This document shows, one piece after another, positions 39,691 to 53,885 of a stretch of DNA of 64,000 nt (positions are counted from its first letter, which is position 1; each line of letters begins with the position of its first letter). This DNA is from the human T2T-CHM13v2.0 reference genome, Homo sapiens, in the NCBI RefSeq assembly GCF_009914755.1, contig NC_060935.1; one strand, written 5' to 3'. Under the pieces are notes generated by a model. The model did not search any database and was not told the origin of the DNA. It saw only the letters and a program-made list of their open reading frames with translations. The position numbers were made by a program, and so were the translations under genes.

Positions 39691-41929
39691 TTCAGCTCTC
39701 CTTCACTCCAGGCCCCATGCCAGACCTCACCCTATTCCTTCCTTGGGGCTCAGTATATACAGAGAGAATTCCTCTCCTGCAGGGAGAGAGGAGAGAGAGA
39801 GAAACATCAACCATCCCACAATTAGTTTTCAATCTTAATTATACACATTTCTGATGCATTCATCAACTTCCCCTATTAAGGCTGCCGTAGCACCGTCTCT
39901 GCCCTAGTGTGTGCAGAGGGAAAACGGGCTGTTCTCCCCAGAAGAGAGGGAGAGAGGTGTCCTAGCTAGGTCTAGAAGCCTGTGTTCTTCAGGGTTCAGG
40001 GGGTCCAGCAGCCAGGAGCAAAGACACAGCCAGCGAGGCAGGAGCCTTCTACCATGTCCTGACCCCTGTGAAGTCTTACGATTCTCTAGGAGGAGGATAG
40101 AGAGGACCCTCCCTCCACCCACACCAACACCCCACACCAGAGATGCCCAGAGAGATGGCTGGCTAGTGGCTGGGAGATTATTTTGATGTCATGGAAAGAG
40201 TCCTGCACTTAAGTCAGAAGGCTTGGACTGAAGATTCAGCTCTAATTCCTACTGACCATGAGAACTTGGACAAGCCAAATGACCTCTTTGAACCTCATTT
40301 TGGTGAGGAGGTTAAATTAGATAATCTTGTAAGATCTCTACCATCTCTAAAGAGTCATTGGGTCCAGAAGATCAGCATCAAGGTCATTCAAGAACCCCTG
40401 ATCTGGACAGGGAGATCAAGGCAGGAGAATTATGCCTATTAGCTGGCCACCTGTTGGCCTGGATGAGTCAGGGAAGCCTCCCACGTCCTCCCTCTCAAGA
40501 CTGTGGCTGTTGCCAGGAAGGACACCCTAGCAGAGCCTGGAGCCTTCACACCATGGGCTGGGGTTGGCAAGGAGGCTGTAGCAGTGCCAGAAACCTCTGA
40601 GCATACCACACAACTTCCCCTCTGCAGAGGCAGCTGCCCTGTAGGGAGTCAGTACATTTCTAGTCCCAAAGCTTCCAGGAGATGGAGAGCCAGAACCACT
40701 GCCTAGTGCCCAATGAGGGGCTCATGGCCACATTCACCCTGCACCAAGTCCTCAAGAGCCAGGTAGAAGCTCCAGCCACAGGCACAACCAAGCTTCCTAC
40801 CCTGTGCTCCAGCCTCCACCTTGAACTCTAAGCCACAGTCTCCTTGCTGTGAGTGCCACCTGGCCAGCCCAGGCTGCCCTGGCAAGGACATGGAACCAGG
40901 CCAGGTCCCTAGTGTGGATGGTAATTCATGGTGCTTCACCTCCACCAGGCCAGACTCCACCAATCAGGAGACATGTCTCTCTGGAGCTCAGCCTCAACTG
41001 CTCCAAAGCCGAGCCTGGGAAGAGGGAAGGGTGACATGAATGGCCAGCCCTCACCTTCTGCCAAGCCCAGGGAAGAAGAGGGCCGGCATTACACAAGTAC
41101 TTTCCTGGAGACAGTACTTGTTAAGAGCCTTTGCTTCCCTCTGGGTTCCAACCCAGCCTGCCCACCCTGTGGCCAAGAACATCCCTGGCCCCTGGCTCCA
41201 GCCACAGCTCCCAAAGTCAACTCATTCTGCAAGTAAAAGCAATGAGCCCAGGAAGAGGAGACAACTTTCCCAAACAGCAGCAATAGAGAGAAGGGAGCTC
41301 TTCCTGGCTGTGCTGCCCTGTGGCTCCAAGGTAGAGGGATGGCAGTGCAGGCTCCAGGACCCAGCACCAGACTCCTCCTTGGGTTTGGCTGACTCCCATG
41401 GGAGGGTCTCTAGGAAGACAAGAAACAGAGGCCTGAGGTACACCTGGCTTGGAGACCGGCTTCACCTGTCCTCATGTCCCTGCCACTAACCTGTTGCATG
41501 AGCTTCCCCCTAAGAGACCTAGTCCCAACGTGTCTATGGTTCCTCATCTGCCCAGCATCCCCCTTGGCTCAGGGCTTCTTGGGAGGTCCATATGAGCAAA
41601 TGCCCTGCATCACCCGTAGATGCCAGAGCTGCAAAGAGACCTGGACAACAACCATCCCAACCTCCGGCTTTTGCAGTTGTAGAAGAGGCTCAGATAAGTT
41701 AGGTGATTTTTCCAAGGTCACACAGTATGTCCTGCAAGAATGAATTAAAACATTCATCACTGTATAAATATAAGGAATTAATAGAAACAATGTTTATATA
41801 ACAGATATTTGAATCAGTGATTATCTGATAAAAGTTACAGACTCTCCCTCTGAGAAACACACATGCGTCAAAGTGCAGACTGCTCATGTGATATGAGGGG
41901 GTTGGCTCCTGAAGCCCATTCATGGATTA

Positions 41930-42120
41930 GCCTGTGGTCAAGGTTTCCAGCTCTGTCACTAGGACAACTTACCTAACTCTCTGTGCCTCATTTCTTCAAC
42001 AACCAAAGGGAACAATAGTACATGCCTCATGGTTGTTTGTAGGATTTAATGAGTTTGCAACGTATTTGGAACAATGCTTGGCACATAATAAATGCTGAAT
42101 AAATGTTTGCTGTTATTACT
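41930..42120 (+). mobile_element. MIR
   Basis: acttacctaactctctgtgcctcatttc...aatagtacatgcctcatggttgtttgtaggatttaatgag. Confidence 0.8.
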
Positions 42121-42419
42121 CCCTGAAGACAGTCTTGGCACCCTCAAGGAGCCCCAGATGCCAGGGAAGCCTTCCTACCAGGGGGCCTTTCAAATGTCCA
42201 GGAGTACCTGCTCATGTCTCCTCAAACTCCCAGCTTCACCTGGGCTGGATGAGCAAACTGTGAGATGAGGATCCCACCCGCCCCTGCCTCCCACCACCAT
42301 CAGGCAAATGACCCTGATTCAAGCCTTGGTCAACCTCCACCTGCCCACTGCCCACCTGGACAGCCACTGGCTGCAGTTTCAGGAAGCTGCCTCTTCCCCT
42401 CACCCTCCCCACGGCCCAG

Positions 42420-42750
42420 GAATCAATGCAATCCCCTAAAAGCTCATAACTTGGAGGTAATTATAAGAAGCATCAATTACCCAGCAATGTGGATTTCATG
42501 AATTCAATTAATTTGCATGGCAATCGATACGGGCGGGTTTCGCTGGGGTCCCCAGGGGAAGTTAGGACATTGTTCTGCACGCTATTGATTTTACAATGTA
42601 AAACAAAACCTCTCTCCTCGAATTCATAGATGCCCATTCAGCCATATTAACTTTCAGATCATTTATTTTTGTATGTCTTTCAACTCTGTTTGTTGCTATC
42701 ACACAGATGCAGAGTATTACATTGTAGGGAATAATTGAATCAATACAGTC
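42420..42750. promoter_or_regulatory. Candidate developmental (neural) enhancer
   Basis: Non-repeat AT-rich island with octamer ATTTGCAT, EBF GTCCCCAGGGGA, ONECUT/CUX-type and SOX motifs, and retained CpGs. Confidence 0.6.
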
Positions 42751-44329
42751 ATGCTACACCAGACTTCCCCAACTCAAGGAAGAAGAGCAGTTTGCCGACC
42801 AGCTCTTCTGCACTCTGCCTTCCCCAGCCAGCTGTCCACCCTCGTGCCCACCCCAAACTCTCCCTCTCCCAAGCAGGCCACTCCCCTAACCCTAAGTTTC
42901 TCACTCTGTCCAATGTGTCTTCATTCAGGACAGACTTAAAGTGCAGCTGGGGAAATATGGTTAGACAATAGGAAGAATTTTTCTGTCGGTGAATGGAAGC
43001 TGAAGGGGAGTTGGAAGGAATTGAGGGCTTCCCTTTTTGGAAGGGTCTTTGGAACCAAGAAGATTGCAGACTGATGGGGGCCTAAGTCAGTGGCCTCTCA
43101 GGAATCCTGGACAGGGGAAGAGTGCTTCTTTTCCTCCACTAGAAGCAATGAGATTGAGGAGACAGCATTTTCTGAACATTAATCCATCCCACTCTAGAAG
43201 AAGGCCAAGTTTAATAAGAGGAGTGATTATGAAAAAAGTCAGGGGCCTACCAGCCTTAGCCTCCCATGCCTCCAGCTCAGGTGCGCCCAGCTTTGCTGTG
43301 TTCTTGAATCGTGCCCCCTCTACACCCAGGCAGCCAGCTCCCTGGGTCCTCTTTGAGGCCAGCATATGCTCTGAGCAGCATCTGAGACTGCTGCACACCC
43401 TACATATACACACACACACGCTCATACACACACACACACACTCACACCCAGCAGAGCAAGGCTGGAGCCCACCAACCCAGCCACACTCCCAGGAGAGCAG
43501 GGGCCACCTTCCTGCCCCGCAAAGCCCCTACTCAGCACACCACCCTCCACTCCCCATGTCTAGAGAAGGAGTGAAGGCTTTTTTTTTTCAATTTGCCTCT
43601 GCCCCCCGCCCGTCAGGATATTAGACAGCTAAACAGCCCAGCGCCTGTTTCCTTCAGATAACCAGCTCCTGACGAGCCCCCTCACTGTCCCCAGAATCTC
43701 AGCGCCAGTGTATAGAGTAGGTCATTTAACCAACAGTACACACAACTAAATAAAAATCCATTTTCCAAGAGAAAATTCTATTCTTATCAGAGTTTTGCAA
43801 GAGGGTTGCAAGCGGCCCATGTTAATTGAAGCTTTGATGTTTGTAGGAGGAGGCCTCTAATCAACACCACAAAGGAGGCTGATTCACTGCAGTGTGCCCC
43901 TCGGCCGAGGAGCAGAGTCGGGGGAGCTGGTGATGGGGGGCATGGGGTGCAGAGGGCCAGGCAAGGACAGAGGATCCAGGCTAGCCACCAGACACCACAG
44001 GCTCCCAGCCACTGCCTCAGGCCCAGAGGCAGGCACAAAGATGTCAGGGAGGCAGGTGGCTGGGTCAGGAAAGTCAGCAAGACTGGAGGTGGGCAGGACC
44101 CAGTGTCAGACAAGCCTGGAGTCACGATCTACCTGGTGATTTGCTCACTGTGTGGCCTTGGGCAAGTCACTTGACATTGCTGAGCCTCAGTTTCTCCTCT
44201 GGATGACCGTAATCCTCTTTACCTATCCTCAAAAGCCATTTGATGATGACCAAATAAAAACAAAAGCACAGAAAGTGAGTTTCATTTCTGAGTATGTCCT
44301 ATGAACTAGGTTACCCGCTAACCACTTTA

Positions 44330-44550
44330 CAAGTGGCTTAGTGTAGTGCATCTGATGTGCTTCCTGCCTTCTGCTGACTGCTTTGTAATTGTCCTCATCT
44401 CGTTCATCTTCAAGGTGTGGAATCTTAGCCCATTTTGCATATAGGGAAACTGAGGCTCAAAGTGCCTAAGTGTCTGGCTCAAAACTTCACAGTAGAAAGT
44501 GGCAGAGCTGGGATTCAAACCTTGCTCTCTTCAACTCCAGAATCCAAACA
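44330..44550 (-). mobile_element. MIR
   Basis: cccattttgcatatagggaaactgaggctca...ggcagagctgggattcaaacc. Confidence 0.8.
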
Positions 44551-44655
44551 GTTTTCTCTTACTTGAGCTGCTTCTCCTAAAACAAGGTAGGAGGGCCCAT
44601 CCAGACCCCTCATGCCTATCTCCCCACTTCCCATCCCTTTACCTTCTCTCTCTCA

Positions 44656-44658
<3 letters not shown>

Positions 44659-44699
<41 letters not shown>

Positions 44700-44710
44700 C
44701 ACACACACAC
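44659..44710. repeat. (CA)n microsatellite, ~25 units with one interruption
   Basis: Read directly. Confidence 0.95.
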
Positions 44711-45763
44711 GTCATTTCCTTTGCTCCTCACAGCAACCAGCAAAGCAGGCAGGTAGGCACCCTAAAACAAGAAAGGGGGTCTTGGGGGAGTTTGTGTGGG
44801 TTAATGAGCTATTCTTCATAAAGTCAACTCTGCCAGGACCATAACAAACTCTCAAGAACTGGCAGCCCCAGCACTGTGATAATGGTGGTGGTGGTGATGG
44901 TTTTCATACCCAGCACACAAGAACTGCTCAAAACAGACAGTTAACAATAGCCATAAAATCATTAGCATCCCTGTTTTCTAGATGCATATACTGGAGCTCA
45001 GAGGATTTCAGTGAGTTACCCCGGCCACAGCCAGTGAGCAGCGATGTCAAGATGTCTTGAATCCTGGGCCTCAGCTGCAAAGCCGTAACCAGTCCTCTGT
45101 GTTCCCATGGGCCAGTGCTTTACAAAGGTCCTTGCAGGTTAGGAGGAAGGGGAAATCTAAACACAGGCCTGCCCAGCACCTGCGGAGCGAATCCCAGTCC
45201 TGAGCACCAGGCATAGGAAGGAAGTGTCTTCAGAAGAGAAAGGAGAAGGAGTGGGCGAATTTGCCAGTCCAGATTAGGCTAGAAAGAGTTTACATTCCAT
45301 ATTCAACATGTATTTACCTGTGAGCTGCCAGTCCTGTGCCAGGGCTTGCGGGCTCAGAGATACAAGAACACACGGATGAGAGGCTTTCATTTCCGTGGGA
45401 GCTGTCTAAAGCCAGGGGAGCTTTGGCAGAGGTCTGCTTGGGCCCTCCAGGAAGAGAAGGTAGGTTTCAGCTGCCATTTCCAGGATGCGTGGGGGTGTCC
45501 GGGCAGGGAATTGAGGAGTGAGAGGGTCTCCAGGATCTTTCACACCCATGGCCACATTTGGCGACTTTACCAGCTGAGATCAACCAACAACGAGGAAATC
45601 GAGGCCCAGAGAGCTCTGGTGACTTGTTCAAGATCCCGGGATCTGCAGAGAGCTGAAGTGGCATCCAAACCCAGGTCTTTGACTACAGTGTCTTTCCCAC
45701 TATGCCAAGCCAGTAGGGGATGGATGCAAAATGTAAAGTGGCTAGCTCAAAATCAGGCGTTAA

Positions 45764-46322
<559 letters not shown>

Positions 46323-46589
46323 TGATGGAGAGGTTCAGGGGACCAGTTACTGAGTCAAGGCCAAAGTGAATGGGATGTGTTAGGACCAGCAAGCCTCCTA
46401 CTCCTTAACCATCTCCACTGATTCCATTTGCTATAACAGCAGCAGGGCTTTTTGCTATGAGCTGGCATACCATGAGTTAAAAGTTTAACAAGCATCCAGG
46501 AAAAATGCTTTATAAAAACAAGATGTCACAACCTGAGTCTCCTGATCATGAAATCAGGTCCCGTGGAAGCCTGGGTTACTGAAAGGCTC

Positions 46590-47600
46590 CCAACTGGTCT
46601 TCTAACCCTGAACCTCTGTCCTACCCACTCTGTTCTCCACTATGAAAGCTAGCCAGAGAGATGACTCTATGGCAAAATCTGACCATGTCACTCCCCACTT
46701 AAAACCCACCAGTGCTTCCTCACTGCTCTGGGGACAAAATCCAAAGACTGTGCTGACACATAAGACCTTTCTCTTTTTCTCCTGCATGCCCTTCCAGGAG
46801 TCTTGCAAGCCCCTCCTCATATGCACGCTCCTACAGACAGTGCCCAGCATGCCCAGCCTCATACTGCTTATGCTGTCCCTCATCCTGTAACATCCCACCA
46901 CCACCACTACATCCATCCTATGTGTGATGGGTTGCATTAATGGCCACCATTCCAAAGAGCTGGGTATGTGTGTGTTATCCCACTAAAGAGGTGGAATATA
47001 TGGAATATGTTTCCCTGCCTCTTAACCTTGGGTGCAGACATATGACTTGCTTTGGCCAGTGGAATGTTAGAAGAAGTGTGATTGGGCTTTCTCTCTTTTC
47101 CTTTTTCTGTCACCATTAGAGAATCATGCCAGGTTAGGCTGGTGGTCCCAGAGGAGGATAAGAGGCTTATGGAGCAGAGTTGCCTAATCAGGCCCAGCCA
47201 AGATCAGCAGACCCTCAACCAATACATAGACACACGAACCAGATAAATGGTTTTGTTATTTGCCACTGAGAAATGGTAGGTGTTTGTTACACAGCATATT
47301 GTAGCAGTAGCTAACTGATACATCATTTTAACTTGAGTAAATTCTATCCACTCATTGGATCTCAGCTGAGGTAGATGTCATATCTTCTTAGAAATCTAAC
47401 CTGAGCTCCTCGCCTCTTCCACAGGTCAGCACTGGGGGCTCCCATGGCACCCAGAATTAACTCTTACTGCAGCACATAGCATGTACTGGGTTAAAATTGC
47501 TGTCTCCCTCACCCATCCTGAGCTTCTTGAGGTCAAGGGTTGCATGTTATTCACAATTTCTGACATAGAGGAATTCAATGACTATTTAGTGAAGGATTGA
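46590..47600 (+). mobile_element. L2 remnant interrupted by MLT1 LTR
   Basis: aaatctgaccatgtcactccccacttaaaaccc...gagcttcttgaggtcaaggg. Confidence 0.6.
46921..47322 (+). mobile_element. MLT1H/I-like solo LTR
   Basis: tgacttgctttggccagtggaatg...gtttgttacacagca...agctaactgataca. Confidence 0.75.
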
Positions 47601-48499
47601 ATGTGGAAGTGGCCTTTTCTAAGGGGTAGAAGCAAAAAAAACCTCTCACTTTTCCACCTCAGCCCACCACTATCATGAAAAATGCCCAAAGTGGGACGAA
47701 AACTCACGTGAGTTCTCTGCACTTCCTGCCAGCCTCTGGCACACACACTAACACACTTGAATCCCAAAGTTAGCCAAGCTGCACTTCCCTGCCGCCCGCT
47801 TGCTTGGTGATGAAGCACTTTTTGAGCCACTTTGCTCCATCTTTCTGCAATATCCTCCAGCAAATCAAGCATCCCCTTCTTGGGATGTTTTCAATCTGTT
47901 TTATGTTGATTTTAATTAAAGAATTCGAAACTGAACAAACAGTTCCTAGCAGGTGGCCATACAAGTGTGAAATAAGCAAACTGTTTTATCTGCCACAAAC
48001 TCTGCTAGTAAATTTCTTCAAATTAATCCCAGCCTCCGAGAGTCTGCTGATTCCAAGGAGAAAGCTAAGCAATCCTAGCCTCCAAATATTTGCTTTTGTT
48101 ACAGCTCCTGGAGCCAACGACTGGTGGTGTCCATCTTTCTCCATGCTCATCCACCTTTTCTCCCAGTCCCATCTCTGGCACTCTGTTGGCCCAACCCATC
48201 TGCCCAGAGCAAGGCTCATGTGGCCACATCACTGGGCTCCACAGCCAGAACTCCAGCAGGGTGGCCAGATGCCCAGGGAGACTTCCCAGCCCACCTTCTT
48301 CTGAGCACCATCTTGCCCATCTTTACTTTCCACTTCCTCTACCAGCCCTCCAGCTGAGCCTGGGCCTCCCACCAATGCTTGCCCACCCCAGGGAGGCACA
48401 GACATGAAGGCCCAGAACAAGGCTTGCTTCCTTTCCCCTGGTACCACTCAGGAATGAGAGGCGCCCTTGGAAAAATGACACCACCCAGTTCCGGCCAAG

Positions 48500-49550
<1,051 letters not shown>

Positions 49551-50254
49551 TTTTCTTTTTCTTTTTAAAAAATCATTATTTTGTTAGTTTTCTGATTTTG
49601 AAAACTCTGGCTAGAGAAGCAGAAGACCTGGGTTGTGCCCTAGCAGTGACACTGATACAATGCCATCTCCTGGCCTAACTCCAAAGCCAGATCTGGAGTC
49701 ATTAATATCACTTGTGTCAACTTCCCGATCTACATACAACATGTAAGAGAAATCAGGTCACCTGTAAGGTTGCATCCAGCTTCCATTTTATAGTTCTACA
49801 GTGTGTCCTGAACCACAGTTGAGAGAGAAAGGCAGACAGGGAAAAAGAAGGTACAAACTCAGCAGAACTTCATCCAGTGTAACCTGTTCCCTCGTTCAAC
49901 CAGCCTCAGAGCCGTAAATATCACTGAATAGGCATTCACTATGCACCAGGCACTATTACATTACACACTAAATGCAAAGGGATTGCACAAAGTAATAACC
50001 CGCATTTCTGCCCCACTGTAACTGCAGGTTCATCCCTAGAAGATTGTGGTATTTCTGGCCATACGCAGGAAAGGTGCCACAGATGCTCAAGTATAGGCAT
50101 CAGCTACCACCCCATCTGCTGGTGGTGCTCATACTTCTCCGGGATACCTCCCCTCCAGTCTCCTCCACCCCTACAGGGTCAGCACTGCTCTTAAGCCTTG
50201 AAGTGTCACATCTGCATGGCAGCTGCCAGCAAAAGGGAGAAAAATCTCTGTATC

Positions 50255-50645
50255 CCTTCAGGTGACACTAGTTGCTGTATGGATAAACACCTAAATCTCA
50301 CTTGGCTGAACACAATAAAAGTTTATCTGGTGCTCACAGCACTGCCCAGTGGGGAGTCAGCTCCACACAGTCATTCGTAAACCCAGTCTCCTCCTATCTT
50401 GTGGCTCCACCCTTCTCCAAGACCCCAGAATCCTCTCTGTTCTGCTGGCAAATGGAGGAAGAGCTAGAATTGCACAAGGGAGGTTCCTTATACAAGGCCG
50501 TATTTGAAAGGGTCCACAGCATCTGCTCACATCCCACTGGCCAGGACTCAGTCACGTGGCCACATCTAACTGCAAGGGAGGCTGGGAAGTGTATTCCAGT
50601 GTGTGCAGCCAGGGAAGAGAGGAGGCCATGTTGCTCTGGGCAACA
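50255..50645 (-). mobile_element. MLT1K/L-like LTR
   Basis: tctgctcacatcccactggccaggactcagtcacgtggccacatctaactgcaagggaggctgggaagtgta. Confidence 0.75.
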
Positions 50646-50949
50646 ACATCAGGTTCTATCCCCTCTTCTCTCCCCACTTACGGGGTGACCCTCTTGGAGG
50701 CCTCTCAGTTGCGCAACCTCACACCCCAATGCCATACAGAGTTTCTTACGAAGTGGCTCTTTCTCACCACCCTTTTTATTTTTCCCTGGAGCCCAGAGAC
50801 ACAGCCCGGTTGTAGGCATGGGGGTGAGGGGTGTTATCAGCCAAGGACACAACAGCGTACTGGAATACAGTGGCTTCTAAAACCACCTGTGGAAAAGAAC
50901 CAAATGCAATATCCCCATCAGTCTCCCACAGCCCAAACACTGCAAAATT

Positions 50950-51720
50950 CTAGAGGTCGCCAAGGACCACAGTCGCCAGAAACAATGACTTCATTTGGGT
51001 CTTTCTCATTTAGTCTTTCTGAGGTGTTGGACGGCAGTGACACCTTCTCAAGGTCACTCTCCGGGCCGCATGACCTGGCGCTCCCCAGGCTTCCCTGCTG
51101 TTTCCAACTTTACCTCCTCCACCCCCTGTGAGGGCTCCTTTCCTTACTCCTAATGATGCTGTTTCCCAGGCGGCCACTTCCACCCTCTGCTTCTCTCTTC
51201 TCATCTCCACCCTCTGCCTCCCTGGGACTCTCATCTGCACCCTACCTCAGATGCCCCTTTCGCCACAGCTGCAGACCTCTCCCTTAGGTCTGGACATTGC
51301 CAACTGCCTGCTGGTCACAGCACCCGCATGTTTCCATTTATCTTGTCCAAAGCTGGGCTCACCGTCATCTTCCTGGAATCTCTCATCCTCCCTCTTAGTG
51401 AATAAGTCCACCCTCCACCTCGTCACCCAGGGACAGTCCCAGAAGGCCCCTAGCGTCCAGCTCTGTCTGGCCCAAAGCATGGTGGCGACAAGCCATGCCA
51501 CATCCAGCTCCCTGGTTTGTCTGGGTGCTATTCCTTCAGTAGCTCGACCTCCACCCTGTCCCCCACCGTCTCTTACCTGGACCACCCAGGAGACATTTCT
51601 CCTGGTCTCCTTTCCTCCAGTTATACCCCTCTATAGTCTCCTCTCCCCAAAGAAGCCAACACGCTCTTCCTAAAAACACAGATTTCACCACATCACTCCT
51701 TCCAAACATGCGAGATGTGG
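50950..51720 (+). mobile_element. L2 remnant (pyrimidine-rich)
   Basis: gccaactgcctgctgg...tccaccctccacctcgtcacccag...catcactcctt. Confidence 0.5.
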
Positions 51721-53279
51721 GGTCCTCAAGAGAAAGGCCAACCTACCTAGTTTGTCAGGAAATGCATGTCACCACCTGGACAAGCCCTTCACTCTAACTC
51801 ACCCCACCTGCTCCTCCCGTTCTAACTGCATCCTCTACCATAGCCTGCCCCAGCACCACCAAGCCCAAGACCTTCTTAGCCCTGAGCCCCATACCTGCAT
51901 TCACACCTCTGGGTCAGTGCAGGTGAAATTCTCTTTTTACCTGGAAAAATCCTATCCATCTTCCCCAGGAACACTCCTTCTCCCCTTCCCCTGCCTCCTG
52001 AGGAAGGAAGGGCAAAGTGCCCCTGCCTCTTGGCCCCCAATACTTTTTCTTCCTCGAAGCCACTCTCCCTTGTCCCACTCATTTATTTCTGGTCTAACTC
52101 TCCTACTGGATGGTGAGCTTTGGGGGGGCCTAGCGTGGGGGCTGGCACTTGTAAAGGCACATGAGTTCTATAGAAGAACACTAGGTCCTCCTCCCCGCCC
52201 CTCCTCAGGCCAGGGTACTGCGGAGAGGCACACATACTGGGAGGTGCTGGGAGGCCCACGTTTCCACCCTGACACTCTCCCCAGAAAGGCTGCAGGGACA
52301 TGGCCAACACCCCTCTCTGCTTCTCTGCCAAAGCTGATTTGCCTATAGCCTTGAAGGCACAAAGCCGGCAAGAACCCTCTCTGAGGTAGCAGGCCCTGCA
52401 TGCTGCTGAGGGGGCCGAGGGGGCAGGAGAGGCAGATGGCCTATACAGCATCCTCCTCCTCCTGGGAGATGATGAGAAGGGGCCGGTGGCAAACAAGAAA
52501 TCCTTCCCCTTCGCCTACTGATCCACGCCTTCCCTCAGAACTGCTTATCAGCATCTGTAATGATCACTGTGCCACCAGGTTCTGGGAATGTCTCCCCAGG
52601 GTGCAGTGGCAGCCTAGACTCAAAGTCAGTCCCACCACCACCTACAGTGGGATTCTCAGACTGCCTTCCCACTGCAAGGGAGTCCAGAGCCTGCACCCAG
52701 CCAGGGGGATGGGGGTGTCCCCTTCCTAACCTGAGGGCAGGGAAGCTTAGGGATCCACCAAGGTGAACTCACCAGAGCCATGCAGGTGCATAGTATTGTC
52801 CCTACACACACACACACACGTATCCAGTACAGATACAACCCCATAGGTATAGACAGCATGTACTGAGGCAGATACATATATGGGAATAAATGCCATCTGG
52901 CCACTTGCCTGGGGCCAAAGCCATTGCTTCCAGTTCACTTTCCTCCTCATGCTCCATTCAATCAAGAAGTACTACAGATTGGGCCCTTGCTGCATTCCTG
53001 GCATAGATCTAGATCCACACAGTACAGGCCCAAGGCAGGACAGCAAGACCCAAAGCAGGAAGAAAATTGTGGGGAGAGGAAGCAGGAGAACAGTCTGGGT
53101 ACCCTGGCGACATTTGCCTGAGAAGGGAGGAGGCTGGTAAGGGGAGAGAAGGTGATAGGGGATTCTGGGAGCTATAGCAGAGCCAGGAGGCCCCCTCCCC
53201 CCGACTGCCCTGCTGCTCAAAGGCCCAGGGTATGCAGGGCAGCCTGTGCCCAGCCTTTGAGCCAGGTGAGTCAGCCTGA

Positions 53280-53645
53280 CTTCTGAATATTCACCACTGC
53301 AGCAGTTCCACCATTCCCCACAGCCCACTCTGCACACAGCAGCCAGAATGGTCTTTCAAAATCTGATCTTATCACTCCCTGCTCAATAGTGTCCTATCAC
53401 GCTCCGGACAAAGTCTGAAGTCCTTACTGTGAGCTAGAAGTTCCTAAGTGATCTGGCTTCTGCCCACATCTTAGCACTCCTGACACTGTAACATACATAC
53501 ATGTGCATTTATGTTGGTCTCCCCACAGAATGCCAGCTCCCTGGGCAAAAATATTGCAGTCCTCACTGCTATGTAGAGTCCTCACAGTATGTAGAGCAGC
53601 ACCTGCCACATAGTAGATGCAGGATACGCCTTTACCGACTGAACA
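53280..53645 (+). mobile_element. L2 3' remnant
   Basis: cacacagcagccagaatggtctttcaaaatctgatc...cacctgccacatagtagatgc. Confidence 0.7.
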
Positions 53646-53721
53646 CCTATTGCAAGTCAAGTCCTGGCAAGCACTGGGAATGGAGCATATGTGCTCACGA
53701 TCCATGCTTGTCTCACTTAGC

Positions 53722-53885
53722 TTGGGGGTTCTTACCCTGAGATAATGAGGGGGTTTATGCAGGGGTTTCAGAGAGTCCTTGAACCCCCAGAAATTAGATG
53801 CAAAATGAGTTTATAAACACTTTTCTGGGGAGAGAATCCATGCCTGTTATCAAATACCCATAGGGGTAAGAGTCCAAGGAACTAG
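53722..53885. mobile_element. hAT-Charlie MITE remnant (Charlie4z-like); a related remnant lies in opposite orientation at ~41820-41930
   Basis: ttgaacccccagaaattagatgcaaaa...ttttctggggagagaatccat. Confidence 0.5.

Noticed and set aside
50556-52348. Several 180-200-aa ORFs
   Set aside because: Overlap MLT1/L2 remnants and C-rich low-complexity sequence; no protein-like features or exon structure
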